NCBI GenBank assembly: GCA_964016885.1
Contig: OZ024742.1
Coordinates: 378,840,119 to 378,904,118 of the forward strand
Source of the DNA: Eledone cirrhosa
Lineage: Eukaryota
Reading direction: 5' to 3'
Length of the DNA: 64,000 nt
Each line of letters begins with the position of its first letter. The first letter of the stretch is position 1. This document shows, one piece after another, positions 26,358 through 38,093 of this stretch. The position numbers were made by a program, and so were the translations under genes. The notes under the pieces were generated by a model. The model made no database searches. It had not been told where the DNA came from and saw only the letters and a program-made list of their open reading frames with translations.

Positions 26358-26995
26358 TGTAAACACACACATATGTGTAGGTATATATATATACACACAC
26401 ACGCATGCAGAAGCATATTCTCTTACAACTAATACAGACCGACAAAATATGCACACTCCACTTTTCCCTTCACTGCTCTGTATTCACACATACATACCCT
26501 TATATAAATATACTTTTGCTCATAGCTTCGTACTTACAAGAACACACACACTCTTTTACTTACATATACACACACATTTCTTCTTAGTTTCGTACGGACG
26601 TACAATAACACACACACACACGCACACACAGACACACGCATGCATACGCACGTGCACAAGTATAGATCTTTTTCCAAAACGTTTTTGTTTTCATTTCAGG
26701 TAGACGCGCTCCATCATCCACTTTTCTAAAAAAGTACATCATACACAAAACGCCAGCACCAACAGTTTTGCAAGAGATGTCAACATGAATGGACCTGTTA
26801 TTTTTATCTAAAGACATTTTTTCCAATTCCAGCCAGCCCGTCCCCTGAATCTATCTTATTTCTCATTCTTTCTTCTGATGAAGGACTAGTGTCCGAAACG
26901 TTAAGACCCTCTTCCTGCTATTTCAAGCGTTAACCTAATATATTCCTTCCATATACTGTACCGATTGTGTTGTTATTTCTGTTTACCTTTTACAT
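26230..26995 (+). mobile_element. Penelope-like 3' UTR/pLTR, second copy
   Basis: Homologous to the reverse complement of 16622-17270 and carries a hammerhead. Further fragments at 28464-28584 and ~29357-29383. Confidence 0.75.
26871..26906 (+). ncRNA. Minimal type-I hammerhead ribozyme (palindromic stem III)
   Basis: TCTT CTGATGA A GGAC-tagt-GTCC GAAAC GTT AAGA. Stems I and II are perfect. Stem III is the loopless palindrome AACGTT. Confidence 0.85.
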
Positions 26996-27006
26996 ACATA
27001 CATACA

Positions 27007-27607
27007 TGGTGGCTGCCAACTCGTTTTCGAGTACGGCCACTACTTTATATCCATGTAGGAGAACCCCTACCGATGCGCTGAACGAATGTGACTTTTTAGT
27101 CCAGCCAGCGACTTGAAAACTCTGGTGCAAAGACTACACTTGTGACCATTATTGACACATAGTGCAGGGCCCATGGTACCATGTGATGACAAGTGCAGAG
27201 AGATCTCCAGATATAAAGCAATGCCTGTGCTGTGAAGCTTTTATAGTGAGCAAAGGCACTGCACAAAGCCAGTCCCACTCTCTTAACCAAGATGATATTT
27301 ACCAAAAAGAAGAACAAGTCAACATCATTGGATACCATCAGGGTTGCAGGTGTTATATCAGAGTTTTCCTTCTCCTAGAATTCTGCCTTGACAAAGGCTA
27401 AGGGGTTATCTCTCCCGGTGATTTTGGATGGCCATCGACTCTTAAGAGCTCCTTTGACAGGTTTTGTTTTTAGTCCTGCAGGATGTCCAAAGTCACCCTC
27501 CTCACCAAGAAACCTTGGTGGGGTTGCCAGTTTAGTCGCCAACGACTCGACCATGAGACAGGTTGTACTGGGATACATGTTACCAGTAACACCAACTGGT
27601 GACCTGA
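27007..27607. mobile_element. Unclassified interspersed-repeat-like insertion within (CATA)n
   Basis: GC-richer block bounded on both sides by CATA repeats. No recognisable protein motif. Confidence 0.35.
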
Positions 27608-27629
27608 CATACATACATACATACATACA

Positions 27630-28440
<811 letters not shown>

Positions 28441-28441
28441 C

Positions 28442-28463
<22 letters not shown>

Positions 28464-28472
<9 letters not shown>

Positions 28473-28584
28473 ATGTATGTAAAAGGTAAACAGAAATAAC
28501 AAGCGTTAACCTAATATATTCCTTCCATATACTGTACCTATTGTGTTGTTATTTCTGTTTACCTTTTACATACATACACACACA
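28464..28584. repeat. Fold-back of the pLTR 3' end
   Basis: 28464-28502 is the reverse complement of 28546-28584. The sequence matches 26925-27000. Confidence 0.85.
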
Positions 28585-28598
28585 TTTATATATATATA

Positions 28599-28762
28599 AG
28601 GGATAACAAGTTATCGTTATAGGTAATCCAGTTAGAGGTTGTGAATACTACGTATTCTGGATAGTTTTAGCGTACGGCGTTGTTTGATCAATAAGAGGTT
28701 TCGTTTGGTAGCGAGTTAGCGAGTTCTCAGGAATTCCTATGTAAGTTAATCTTGGAGTAATA
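28599..28762 (+). mobile_element. Short dispersed element with conserved ends (second copy 38289-38452)
   Basis: Both copies begin after (TA)n with GGGATAACAAGTTATCGTT and end ATGTA.GTTA...TTGGAGTAATAAT. Confidence 0.6.
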
Positions 28763-28946
28763 ATTGTTTCTACTTTTGGCACAAGGCCAGCAATTACTCA
28801 GTGCATTACTGGTACTTTATTTTATCGACCCCTTAAGGATGAAAGGCAAAGTTAACCTCGGTGGGATTTGAACTCAGAATGGCAAGGGCCGTCACTCTAT
28901 GCGTCAAAGCATGGCGTCCGACTCTCTACCGATACTGCTAATCCAC
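28761..28946 (-). mobile_element. tRNA-derived SINE, near full length
   Basis: Reverse complement has A-box-like TAGCAGTATCGG, B-box-like GAGTTCAAATCC and the conserved core. Confidence 0.9.
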
Positions 28947-29324
28947 AGTGAAAGAGTGAAGAATAACATGGTCAACAGTACAAAAAGGATTTTATTTACA
29001 GTATTAACAATTGTTTCATTGAGTTGTCTTAAATTGCTAATCACTTGAAGTTCTGTCACTCAATTTAAAATACGATGTATGCTTAACCAAATCATCTTTC
29101 TTTCTTTCTCTTTTTTCTCTCTATCTTTTTCTTTTTTCTTCTTTTTCTTTTTCTTTTTCTTTTTCTTTCTTTATTACTGATGTAATTTGGATTTGTAAAC
29201 GCTATGTATAATTTTATTCAGTTATCTGATGATATTTAGACAACTTAATCAATGAAACAATTGTTAATACTGTAAATAAAACCTTTCTTGTACTGTTGAC
29301 CATGTTATTCTTCACTCTTTCACT
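28947..29324. repeat. Inverted pair of hammerhead-bearing pLTR fragments
   Basis: 28947-29034 is the reverse complement of ~29235-29324. The + copy has CTGATGA 29226-32, GAAAC 29254-58 and palindromic stem III AACAATTGTT. Stems I and II are imperfect. Confidence 0.8.
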
Positions 29325-29517
29325 ATATATCTCTCTCTCTATATATATATATATATATGTTTGAAATAGCAGGAAGAGGGTCTGTATATATATATCTATA
29401 TATATGCGTGTGTGTGCATGCAACTGTATATATGTGTGCATGTGCATGTGAGAATGTGTGTGTGTGTGAGAGTGTGAGCGCGCGTATGTGTGTGTATCAG
29501 TGTTTGTCTGTGTTTGT

Positions 29518-30472
29518 GTGTAATGACCGAAATACGATCGCGAATACAAGCGGCCAAAATGGGGGTTCTCTCAAGGGTCGTTGAAGTAAGGTTACTTGAC
29601 AGAGTGTATTGCTGGGAGATGAGAGAGTCACTCCAGGTAGAGCTGCTACTTCTCCTGGTCGTTGAAGTAAGGTTACTTGACAGAGTGTATTGCTGGGAGA
29701 TGAGAGTCACTCCAGGTAGAGCTGCTACTTCTCCTGGTCGTTGAAGTAAGGTTACTTGACAGAGTGTATTGCTGGGAGATGAGAGAGTCACTCCAGGTAG
29801 AGCTGCTACTTCTCCTGGTCGTTGAAGTAAGGTTACTTGACAGAGTGTATTGCTGGGAGATGAGAGAGTCACTCCAGGTAGAGCTGCTACTTCTCCTGGT
29901 CGTTGAAGTAAGGTTACTTGACAGAGTGTATTGCTGGGAGATAAGAGTCACTCCAGGTAGAGCTGCTACTTCTCCTGGTCGTTGAAGTAAGGTTACTTGA
30001 CAGAGTGTATTGCTGGGAGATGAGAGTCACTCCAGGTAGAGCTGCTACTTCTCCTGGTCGTTGAAGTAAGGTTACTTGACAGAGTGTATTGCTGGGAGAT
30101 AAGAGTCACTCCAGGTAGAGCTGCTACTTCTCCTGGTCGTTGAAGTAAGGTTACTTGACAGAGTGTATTGCTGGGAGATGAGAGAGTCACTCCAGGTAGA
30201 GCTGCTACTTCTCCTGGTCGTTGAAGTAAGGTTACTTGACAGAGTGTATTGCTGGGAGATGAGAGTCACTCCAGGTAGAGCTGCTACTTCTCCTGGTCGT
30301 TGAAGTAAGGTTACTTGACAGAGTGTATTGCTGGGAGATGAGAGTCACTCCAGGTAGAGCTGCTACTTCTCCTGGTCGTTGAAGTAAGGTTACTTGACAG
30401 AGTGTATTGCTGGGAGACGAAAGTCACTCCAGGTAGAGCTGCTACTTCTCCGAGAGATCACAGCTCCGATAC
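29518..30472 (+). mobile_element. RTE-clade LINE fragment containing an internal tandem expansion
   Basis: VMTEIRSRIQAAKMGVLSRVVEVRLLDRV...ESLQVELLLL followed by ERSQLR resembles the RTE post-RT segment (RIQAAEMxFLRRV...DRVRS...LRW). Confidence 0.75.
29576..30451. repeat. 79/81-bp minisatellite, 11 units
   Basis: Unit starts at 29576, 29657, 29736, 29817, 29898, 29977, 30056, 30135, 30216, 30295 and 30374. Lengths differ by one GA dinucleotide. Confidence 0.97.
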
Positions 30473-30654
30473 TAGAAGAAGAAGAAAAAATAGGATTACG
30501 AAGAAATTGAGAAAGTTTTAAAATTCAAAGTTTCTCTGCTTTTATTAATTATAAAATTAAGAATTAATAATTTAAAAAATTAATAATAAAAATTAAAAAT
30601 TAATAATTTTATTAATAATATAAAATTAATAATTAATAATTACTAAATAGCCGA

Positions 30655-30790
30655 ACAAGTCGGATAGAATGCCTTGTGGTTTTACTTCCGGCTCTCTACT
30701 CTCTGAGTTCAAATCCCGCCCAGGTCAATTTTGCCTTTCATCCTTTCGAGGTAGATAAAAAAAGTACTAGTCAAGTACTGGGGTCGATTC
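30655..30790 (+). mobile_element. Diverged SINE copy
   Basis: CTGAGTTCAAATCCCGCC...TTTGCCTTTCATCCTTTCGAGGTAGATAAAA..AGTAC. Confidence 0.75.
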
Positions 30791-30966
30791 TTCCTCTATA
30801 TCTCTTTCTCACTTCCTCTTTCTCACCTATCTTTCTCTGGAAGAAATCTGCTGTACTCAGGCCTAGAGAGGGATTGGTTCTGCCAGGCTTAAAAATGCTC
30901 AAGAAATGTCAATACGGCGCTCCTACGACTCTATCAGGAGTTACGGGACCATAAATACAATACAAT

Positions 30967-31038
30967 TGACTAGAAGTGTAAAAGATAACACAGCTGTCCG
31001 GCATACAACAGATGCGGGGTTCGATTCCTACAGGTTGT
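30967..31038 (+). pseudogene. Degenerate tRNA-like sequence (tRNA pseudogene or SINE head)
   Basis: D-arm GTGT-aaaagata-ACAC, anticodon-like arm, T-loop GGTTCGATTCC. Acceptor and T stems are mismatched. Confidence 0.5.
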
Positions 31039-31079
31039 TTATATTCCACTTGATTTTTATTATATGTAGTTTTTTATAG

Positions 31080-31270
31080 GGCGGTGGATTGGCAGTACCG
31101 GTAGAGGGTCAGACGCCAAGCTTTGGCGCCTGGAGTTACGGCCCTTGCCATTCTGAGTTCAAATCCCGCCGAGGTTAACTTTGCCTTTCATCCTTACGGG
31201 GTCGATAAAATAAAGTACCAGTAATGTACTAGGTAATTGCTGGCCTTGTGCCTAAAGTACAAACAATTAT
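31080..31270 (+). mobile_element. tRNA-derived SINE, full length
   Basis: GGCGGTGGATTGGCAGTACCGG (A box), GAGTTCAAATCC (B box), conserved core and AATTAT tail. Confidence 0.9.
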
Positions 31271-31461
31271 ATGTAGTTTTTTTGTCATCTGTAACAAACG
31301 TATGGGGACACGTATATGTTGACACCCCAAAGGGAACGGAACTTGGATAGACGTAAGACTTGCAGAGGGAATTTGGCAGATAGAGTCTGTACAGAAGCCC
31401 GTCGTATACGTAAATATATGCGTATATGTATGTGTATATGTATATGTATGTGTGTATGTAC

Positions 31462-33915
31462 ATGAAGGATCAGTGGTGGAGTGAGAAGGCTGATGAGATA
31501 CAAACTGCGTCAGATTACAATAACACAAAGCTCTTGTACAGTCTCTTGCGTGAAGTTTATGGACCGTCTTCTTCTCTGGTGACACCGCTTCGCAGCAAGG
31601 ATGGCAAAGAACTTCTTCGTGACTCACAAGGAATTCTACGAAGGTGGCGAGTGCACTTTCGGGATCTTTTGAATCAGCCGTCTGTCGTCAATGAAGATTT
31701 CCTCAATCTCATTCCAGAAAGTCCTGTGAAAGTAACTCTCGCAGAACCTGCGACGCTTGTGGAGGTTGCAGTGGCTATCTCGACACTGAACAGTGGAAGG
31801 TCTCCAGGTATGGATGGCATACATGCAGAGCACCTACAATATGGTGGTGAGAGACTCCTGCAAAATCTTCACTCTTTGTTTAGCAGGATATGGGCTAATG
31901 AATCCGTACCTGAGGACTGGAGAGATGCAGTAATGCTGGTCTTGTACAAGGGAAAGGGTAACAGGAATGATTGTGGGAACTACAGAGGTATATCATTGCT
32001 TTCTGTTGTAGGGAAAGTTTTATGTAGGGTGCTTCTGGACCGTCTGCTGACACACATTGCAGATTGTGTTCTTCCTGAAAGTCAATCTGGTTTTCGTGCT
32101 GGACTCGGCACTACTGATATGATCTTCTCAGCTAGACAGCTCCAGGAGAAGTTCATGGAACAAGGTTTGGATCTGTATCAGGTTTTTGTCGATCTGACAA
32201 AATCTTTCGATACTGTTAACAGAGATGCATTGTGGAAGTTCTCCAGAAACTTAGTTGCCCTGATAAGTTCCTTGCTTTAGTTAGGTCTTTCCATGACGAC
32301 ATGAAGGCTTGGGTTAATGTCGGATGTAACATGTCGGAGCCTATCTCAGGAAAAAATGGAGTGAAACAGGGGGATATTCCAACACCGACCCTGTTTGCCA
32401 TATAATTTGCAATGGTTTTCTATATTGCATTCAGGAATTGCAAGCATGGTGTTTACACCCGATATCGAACCTCAGGCAGCATATTTAACATCAGGCGCTT
32501 GGCTGCAAAAACAAAAGTATTCACATCAATCATAACAGACCTCTTGTATGCAGATGATTGCGATCTTGTAGCGCACACAGAGAGTGATATGCAGCACATT
32601 TTGAATGCATTTTCTGATGCTTGCACTGTCCTAGGATTGACTGTCAGTCTCAAGAAAACCGTCGTCATGTACCAACCTGCCCCTGGTAAGCAGTACAGTG
32701 AACCAAATATCTATGTGTATGGTAAACGACTTGCAGTGGTTGATCAGTTTGTCTACCTGGGAAGCACTGTCAATCGATACAGCAACCTTGATAATGAAAT
32801 CCCACTCAGGATTAGGAAAGCAAGTGATGCTTTTGGAAAGCTAGAAAGGCGACTCTGGGGTTGGCGAGACATATGCAAGAAGACAAAGGAAAAGGTGTAC
32901 AAGGCATGTGTGTTCTCTTCTCTTCTTTATGCCTACGAGACCTGGGTCACATATCGACACCACCTTAAGCAATTGAAGCGTTTCCATCAGATGTGTCTCA
33001 GACGGATCCATGGCGTTCACTGGAGGGACAACATCAGTGATGTCGAGATTTTGGAAAGCTTTCTGTGTGACAGTATAGAAGCTCTTGTGCTTAAGCAAAG
33101 ACTCCGTTGGAGTGGTCACCTTGCCAGGATGAAGGATTCTAGAATACCAAAACAACTCTTTTATGGAGAGTTAGTTAAAGGAAAACGACCGCCACATAAA
33201 CCAAAAAAGAGGTATAAGGGTTCCTTGAAAACCTCTTTGAAAGACGCTAACATCTCTGCTGATACATAGGAAAATGTTGCTGCTGATCGTAATAAATGGA
33301 GAAAAACTGTATATGAGGGAAAAGTTGCCTTTGAGGCATCACGAATCGCATACGAGAAAGTAAAGCGGGATGTGAGGAAGGGCATTACTGTTGCACTTCC
33401 AGACGGCGAAGGTCCTCCTATGGCGCTGACATGCAGCGTCTGTGCGAGACTCTGCCTAAGCAAAGCTGGACTCGAAAGTCATCTTCGCTGTCATAAAGTA
33501 AGACCAGTGGTTGACTACCAGGCTGCTGTTGGAGATGCTACTCATCATGTTTGCCAAACATGTGGTAGAGAATGTAAATCAGCAGGAGGGCTCAAGCGAC
33601 ATGCAAAAGTACACGAACTCCAACCACAGCCGGCTATTCCCAGTGAATGTTTTGGTTGCCGACTCTGTGCAAGACATTTTAGATCATTGGCTGGGCTAAA
33701 AAGCCACATTCGATCGCAGCGCTGTTAATTACTATCGTGTGTGTAAGTGTGTATAGATATGTTTATGTGTGTGCGATGTGTATATATATATATATGTATA
33801 TTATTATTGTTGTTGTTGTTGTCGTTATTATTATTGTTGTTATTATTATTGTTATTATTATGGGTTTTTTTCCTCGTGCAATGGCCATACTCGATAACGA
33901 GGGGGCAGCCATCAT
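31462..33915 (+). mobile_element. 5'-truncated RTE-clade (BovB-like) LINE, inactivated
   Basis: RT motifs NYRGISLLS, QSGFR, FVDLTKSFDTV, GVKQG, LLYADD, YLGS and LRWSGHLARM. Frameshift at ~32240 and stop at 33267-69. C-terminal C2H2 fingers to 33728. A putative 3' end lies at ~33875-33915 after microsatellite interruption. Confidence 0.95.
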
Positions 33916-34600
33916 GTATGTATATATGTACGTACGTATGTATGTATGTGTATTTGTATGCGTGTGTGTATGTGTGTGTGTGAATGTGTGTTTGCGTGTA
34001 TATATCCATGTGTGTGTGTATATGTATGTATCCGTGTGTGTCTGTGTGTGTGTGTTTGTGTGTGTATATATGTGAATGAGTGTGTGTGTGTATGTCTGTG
34101 TTTGTGTGTGTATGTGTGTGTGCATGTATGCATGAATGTGTGTGTGTATATGTATGTGTTTGTGTGTGTGTATGTGTGTGTGCATGTATGCATGAATGTG
34201 TGTGTGTATATGTATGTGTTTGTGTGTGTGCATTTATGTGTGTGTATGTGTGTATGTATGTGTGTGTGTATGTATGTTTATGCATGTGTGTTTGTGTGCA
34301 TGTCTGCGTGTGTATGTGTCTGTGTATATATGTGTGTATATGAATATTTATGTAAGCGTGTGTGTAGGTGTGTATGCATGCGTGTGTATGTGTGTATGAA
34401 TGAGTGTGTGTGTATGTCTGTATGTATGTCTGCGTGTGTATGCATATGTGTGTATTTGTGAGTATGTCTGCGTGTATGTGTGTATGCATAAGTGTGTGTG
34501 TATGTGTGTATGTATGTGTGGGTCTGCGTGTGTATGCATATGTGTGTGTTTGTGAGTATGTCTGCGTGTGTGTGTATGTGAGTATATATATGCGTGTGTT
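33916..34600. repeat. Compound (GT/GTAT)n low-complexity tract
   Basis: Direct inspection. Confidence 0.9.
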
Positions 34601-34986
34601 GCCATATTTATGCCACCTACGTGTCATAACCCTTTATATACAGGTATGTATCTGTTGGCATCGAGATTTTAAAGGTGTATATTCTTCATTTGATTAGTTA
34701 TACGAACTAAAGACATCAAAAACCGAGGCACGGTATTGATAAAAAATAGATCCTGCTGTGTAGTTTTGAGGTAGAGATCAATACATTCTTCTTTGACGTT
34801 CTGATCTATTGATTGGTCGTCTCTGTTGAAACATCGCTCAATTCAAATATATACCTGTAGTTGTTTATGTTGTTCTATTGTGAACCAGAATTATATTATT
34901 TCCCCTTCTTTGATACATATTCAACATTAATCAGCTTCTCTCACTATTGCTGTACAATATACTGATTTAATGTTATTATAAGAATG

Positions 34987-35845
34987 GTGGCGGTGGATTG
35001 GCAGTATCGGTAGAGCGTTGGACGCATGCTTTGCAGCATAGAGTTACGCCCCTTTATGGTCTGAGTTCAAATCCAGCCGAGGTTAACTTTTGCCTTTCAT
35101 CCTTACGGGGTCGATAAAATAAAGTACCAGTCACGCAGTGGGGTCGATTTAATCGACTTTCCCCTCCCCCAAAATTGCTGGCCTTGTGCCTATATAAGAA
35201 ACCATTAAGGGCGGGGGGATTGGCAGTATCGGTAGAAGGTCGGACACCATGCTTTGCAGCATAGAGTTACACCCCTTTATGGTCTAAGTTCAAATCCCGC
35301 CGAGGTTAACTTTGCCTTTCATCCTTACGGGGTCGATAAAATAAAGTACCAGTAATATACTGGGATGATTGCTGGTCTTGTGCCAAAAATAGAAACAATT
35401 ATAAGGGTGGTGGTGGGTTGACAGCAATCGGATATGACTTGCGGCGTACAATTGCGTCCCTTCAGGTTCTGAGTTCAAATCTCGCCGAGTTTAACTTCGC
35501 CTGTCATCTTTACGGAGTCCTTAGAATAAAGTACCAGTAACACGCTGGGGTAGATTTAATCAATTTTCCCTTCCCTTCAAAATGTTGTACATGTACCAAA
35601 AGGAGAAATTATTATAACACTCTGTAAAGACTGTCTATTGGTAGAACCTTTGGAGTATCAGACACAATGTCCCGTGGTATTTAGTTGTGGCCCGTTACGT
35701 TCTAAGTTCAAATCCGCTGGGGTCAGCTTTTCTTTTTATCCTTCGGGAATCGATAAATTAAAATATCAGTCACATACAGGGGTCGTTGTAATCGATTTTC
35801 CCCACCCAGAAATTGCTAGCCGTGTGCCTGAATTAGAAATTATTA
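34987..35845 (+). mobile_element. Head-to-tail run of four SINE copies of differing divergence
   Basis: Copies at about 34987-35206, 35209-35402, 35410-35612 and 35638-35845. Each has the GTTCAAATC B box and the core. Confidence 0.85.
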
Positions 35846-36283
35846 CATCTTTCTGTAAATGTTATTACTGAATAATTCGTTGTGGTATCCGCAGCTGTAT
35901 AGGAAGGAAGTTATTGTGGAGCCCATTCTGTAGTACATTTTATGCTATCTCACACAACAAAAGTTACTAAAGCCCTTGCCACCCCCTCCCCATGAATGTT
36001 TGCAAAGGAGTGGACTCCCGGAAAGGCGTCCAAGTAGGCCGCGGTGGGATCTGAACTCGGAATGCAAAGAGACGGGGCATATACTGCAAAACATCCTACC
36101 TGACACTTTAACAACTCCGCCAGTCTTTAATCTTTTAACAAAATTCAGTCGACAAAAATACCCTCACTTTCTTACTTGGAAAAAGTTACATCTATGGTGC
36201 AAATTTGGTGCCGTTTGGTCCAGTCACTTGGCGGAAAGTTTGTTACTTACATACGGCCGTCAGCTTTATTAGTATATATATAT

Positions 36284-37028
36284 TCTGGGGTCTTTCCTCA
36301 TCTGAGTGCTCAAGCTACAGACCGATTATGCATATACGCTAGCTTGGCCGTATTCTAAAGCTTCGTCAATCCTGTACTAAAATTTATATTTACTCCTAGA
36401 ATTAACGATTAACTGATTAATTTAATTAGATGATTCTATTGATTGACTAATTGTTTAAGTTTGTTTGATAACTTCTGGTTGAGTGCTTTATTCGGTTTGT
36501 CTAAAGGGATTCATTCCTTTATCTAAAATTATAATTCACTGCCTAAGCGGGGGTTACCTCCCTTGGAGTAAACCACGTGTCTGTGGCGACTTTTAAAGCT
36601 ACAACATACTCGCTCAGGCTAAGAACGAAAGACTTGCTGAAGACGTAAATCCTATGTTCTGTCGTCAAAAACCATTATATTGCAGACTCCTGCAATAGGA
36701 ATTTGTCGATCTTGGATTTGCAGAAACTTAGCGCTGATGTTGGATGCTATATGTGATGTATATTGTTGATATACGATGTAAATTATATATTTTGCACTCA
36801 GCCTCACCGCTATGTCCGGGTCAGTATAAAATCTTTTCCTGGGTCCTGTATTTTCGTTGCTCTTGTGATGCGGCTGAACTACCGACCGCTATATCTGATT
36901 TGCTAAGCTGTCTGAACGTAATGTTATTACTCTGGGGTCTTTCCTCATCTGAGTGTTCAAGCTACAGACCGATTATGCATATACGCTAGCTTGGCCGTAT
37001 TCTAAAGCTTCGTCAATGCTGTACTAAA

Positions 37029-37036
<8 letters not shown>
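36284..37036 (+). mobile_element. ~750-bp non-coding element with ~105-bp terminal direct repeats and an internal hammerhead-like core
   Basis: 36284-36389 matches 36931-37036 (offset 647). CTGAAGA 36637-43; long stem II closed by GTAAATCC/GGATTTGC; GAAAC 36723-27. Flanked by (TA)n. Confidence 0.65.
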
Positions 37037-37072
<36 letters not shown>

Positions 37073-37077
<5 letters not shown>

Positions 37078-37156
37078 AAAAAGTATGACCCCGACGGCAG
37101 AGCTCAAGCCGTCGAAACGGCTTGAGCTCTGCCGTCGGGATCATACTTTTTCCTAT
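37073..37156. repeat. 40-bp-arm palindrome with 4-nt loop at a hammerhead 3' half
   Basis: ATAGGAAAAAGTATGACCCCGACGGCAGAGCTCAAGCCGT-cgaa-reverse complement (1 mismatch). GAAAC-GGC...GCC-GTC reads as stem III plus GUC. A non-inverted copy lies at 41904-41953. Confidence 0.9.
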
Positions 37157-37232
37157 TTACCACTCTACTACCCTAAGTATTGAGTACTCTGGTGCGTTAT
37201 GGTCCATCTGGTTCCTTACCACAATTCCATTG

Positions 37233-37268
<36 letters not shown>

Positions 37269-37866
37269 GATGTAAAATAAGAAAATTATAAAAATTAACT
37301 TACTTAATAAAATTAACTTACTTACTAAAATTTCACTCCAACTAATTAGTTTCTGAAAGGGAATAAACATGGTTTCCGAATGGAACGCATGAAGAAGGCC
37401 TTTCGTCATCAGGAAGTCTATTCTCAGCTAAGTTCCCAGGCGATGCGTGGACACAGGGAACTTATACAAAAATAATTCAGTGGATGGAAAAAAGCAAGCG
37501 TGGACTAAATTCCAAGACATTGAAAAAATCACTGCCTACTTGGTCGGTGGCAAATTCAAAAGAATCAATCACGTGACATCGAGGTTAATCAGTGAGGAGT
37601 GGGGTGTTAAGAAGACAGCAGCCGAACTATTACTATGAACTATAATACCAGTTTTGGCAAATTTTTGCTCAACAAAATAATTTGGAGATAATTATAAAGA
37701 ATTAGTATATCTACCAACATATATATACCTATGCTAGCAAATATATAGGTTTTGTCTTAGTAACTTTGTGGTTCAATGCAAGGGGATGCAGAACAATTAT
37801 ATGAAAGACGTAAAATATATTCTTTATAATTCTTTATAATTCTTTATAATTCTTTATAATTATCTC

Positions 37867-38093
37867 CATTCTTGAGAAATCATCAGGAATCTGGGTATCA
37901 AAAAATAAATATGGTATTTATAGGTCTCTTCATAAATTATAGCTTTAAAGAATTAGCTTTTAATGAATTCCCTTTTCTATCAACCAATGACCTCTACCCA
38001 TCCCACTTCCTACCCTCTCCTACCACCAGAAGAGACCTATAAATACCATATTTATTTTTTGATACCCAGATTCCTGATGATTTCTAAAGAATG
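37867..38093. repeat. Inverted repeat (64-bp arms) of a pLTR 5' part
   Basis: 37867-37930 is the reverse complement of 38030-38093. The arm includes TATAAATA and the hammerhead 5' half. Confidence 0.9.

Noticed and set aside
29576-30451. CRISPR-like array
   Set aside because: Whole units repeat with no unique spacers, there are no cas genes, and the context is eukaryotic.
30967-31038. Functional tRNA gene
   Set aside because: Acceptor, anticodon and T stems have multiple mismatches.
37385-37420. Minus-strand CTGATGA-C-GAAAG
   Set aside because: No stem II and no stem I complement; probably chance or a heavily deleted remnant.
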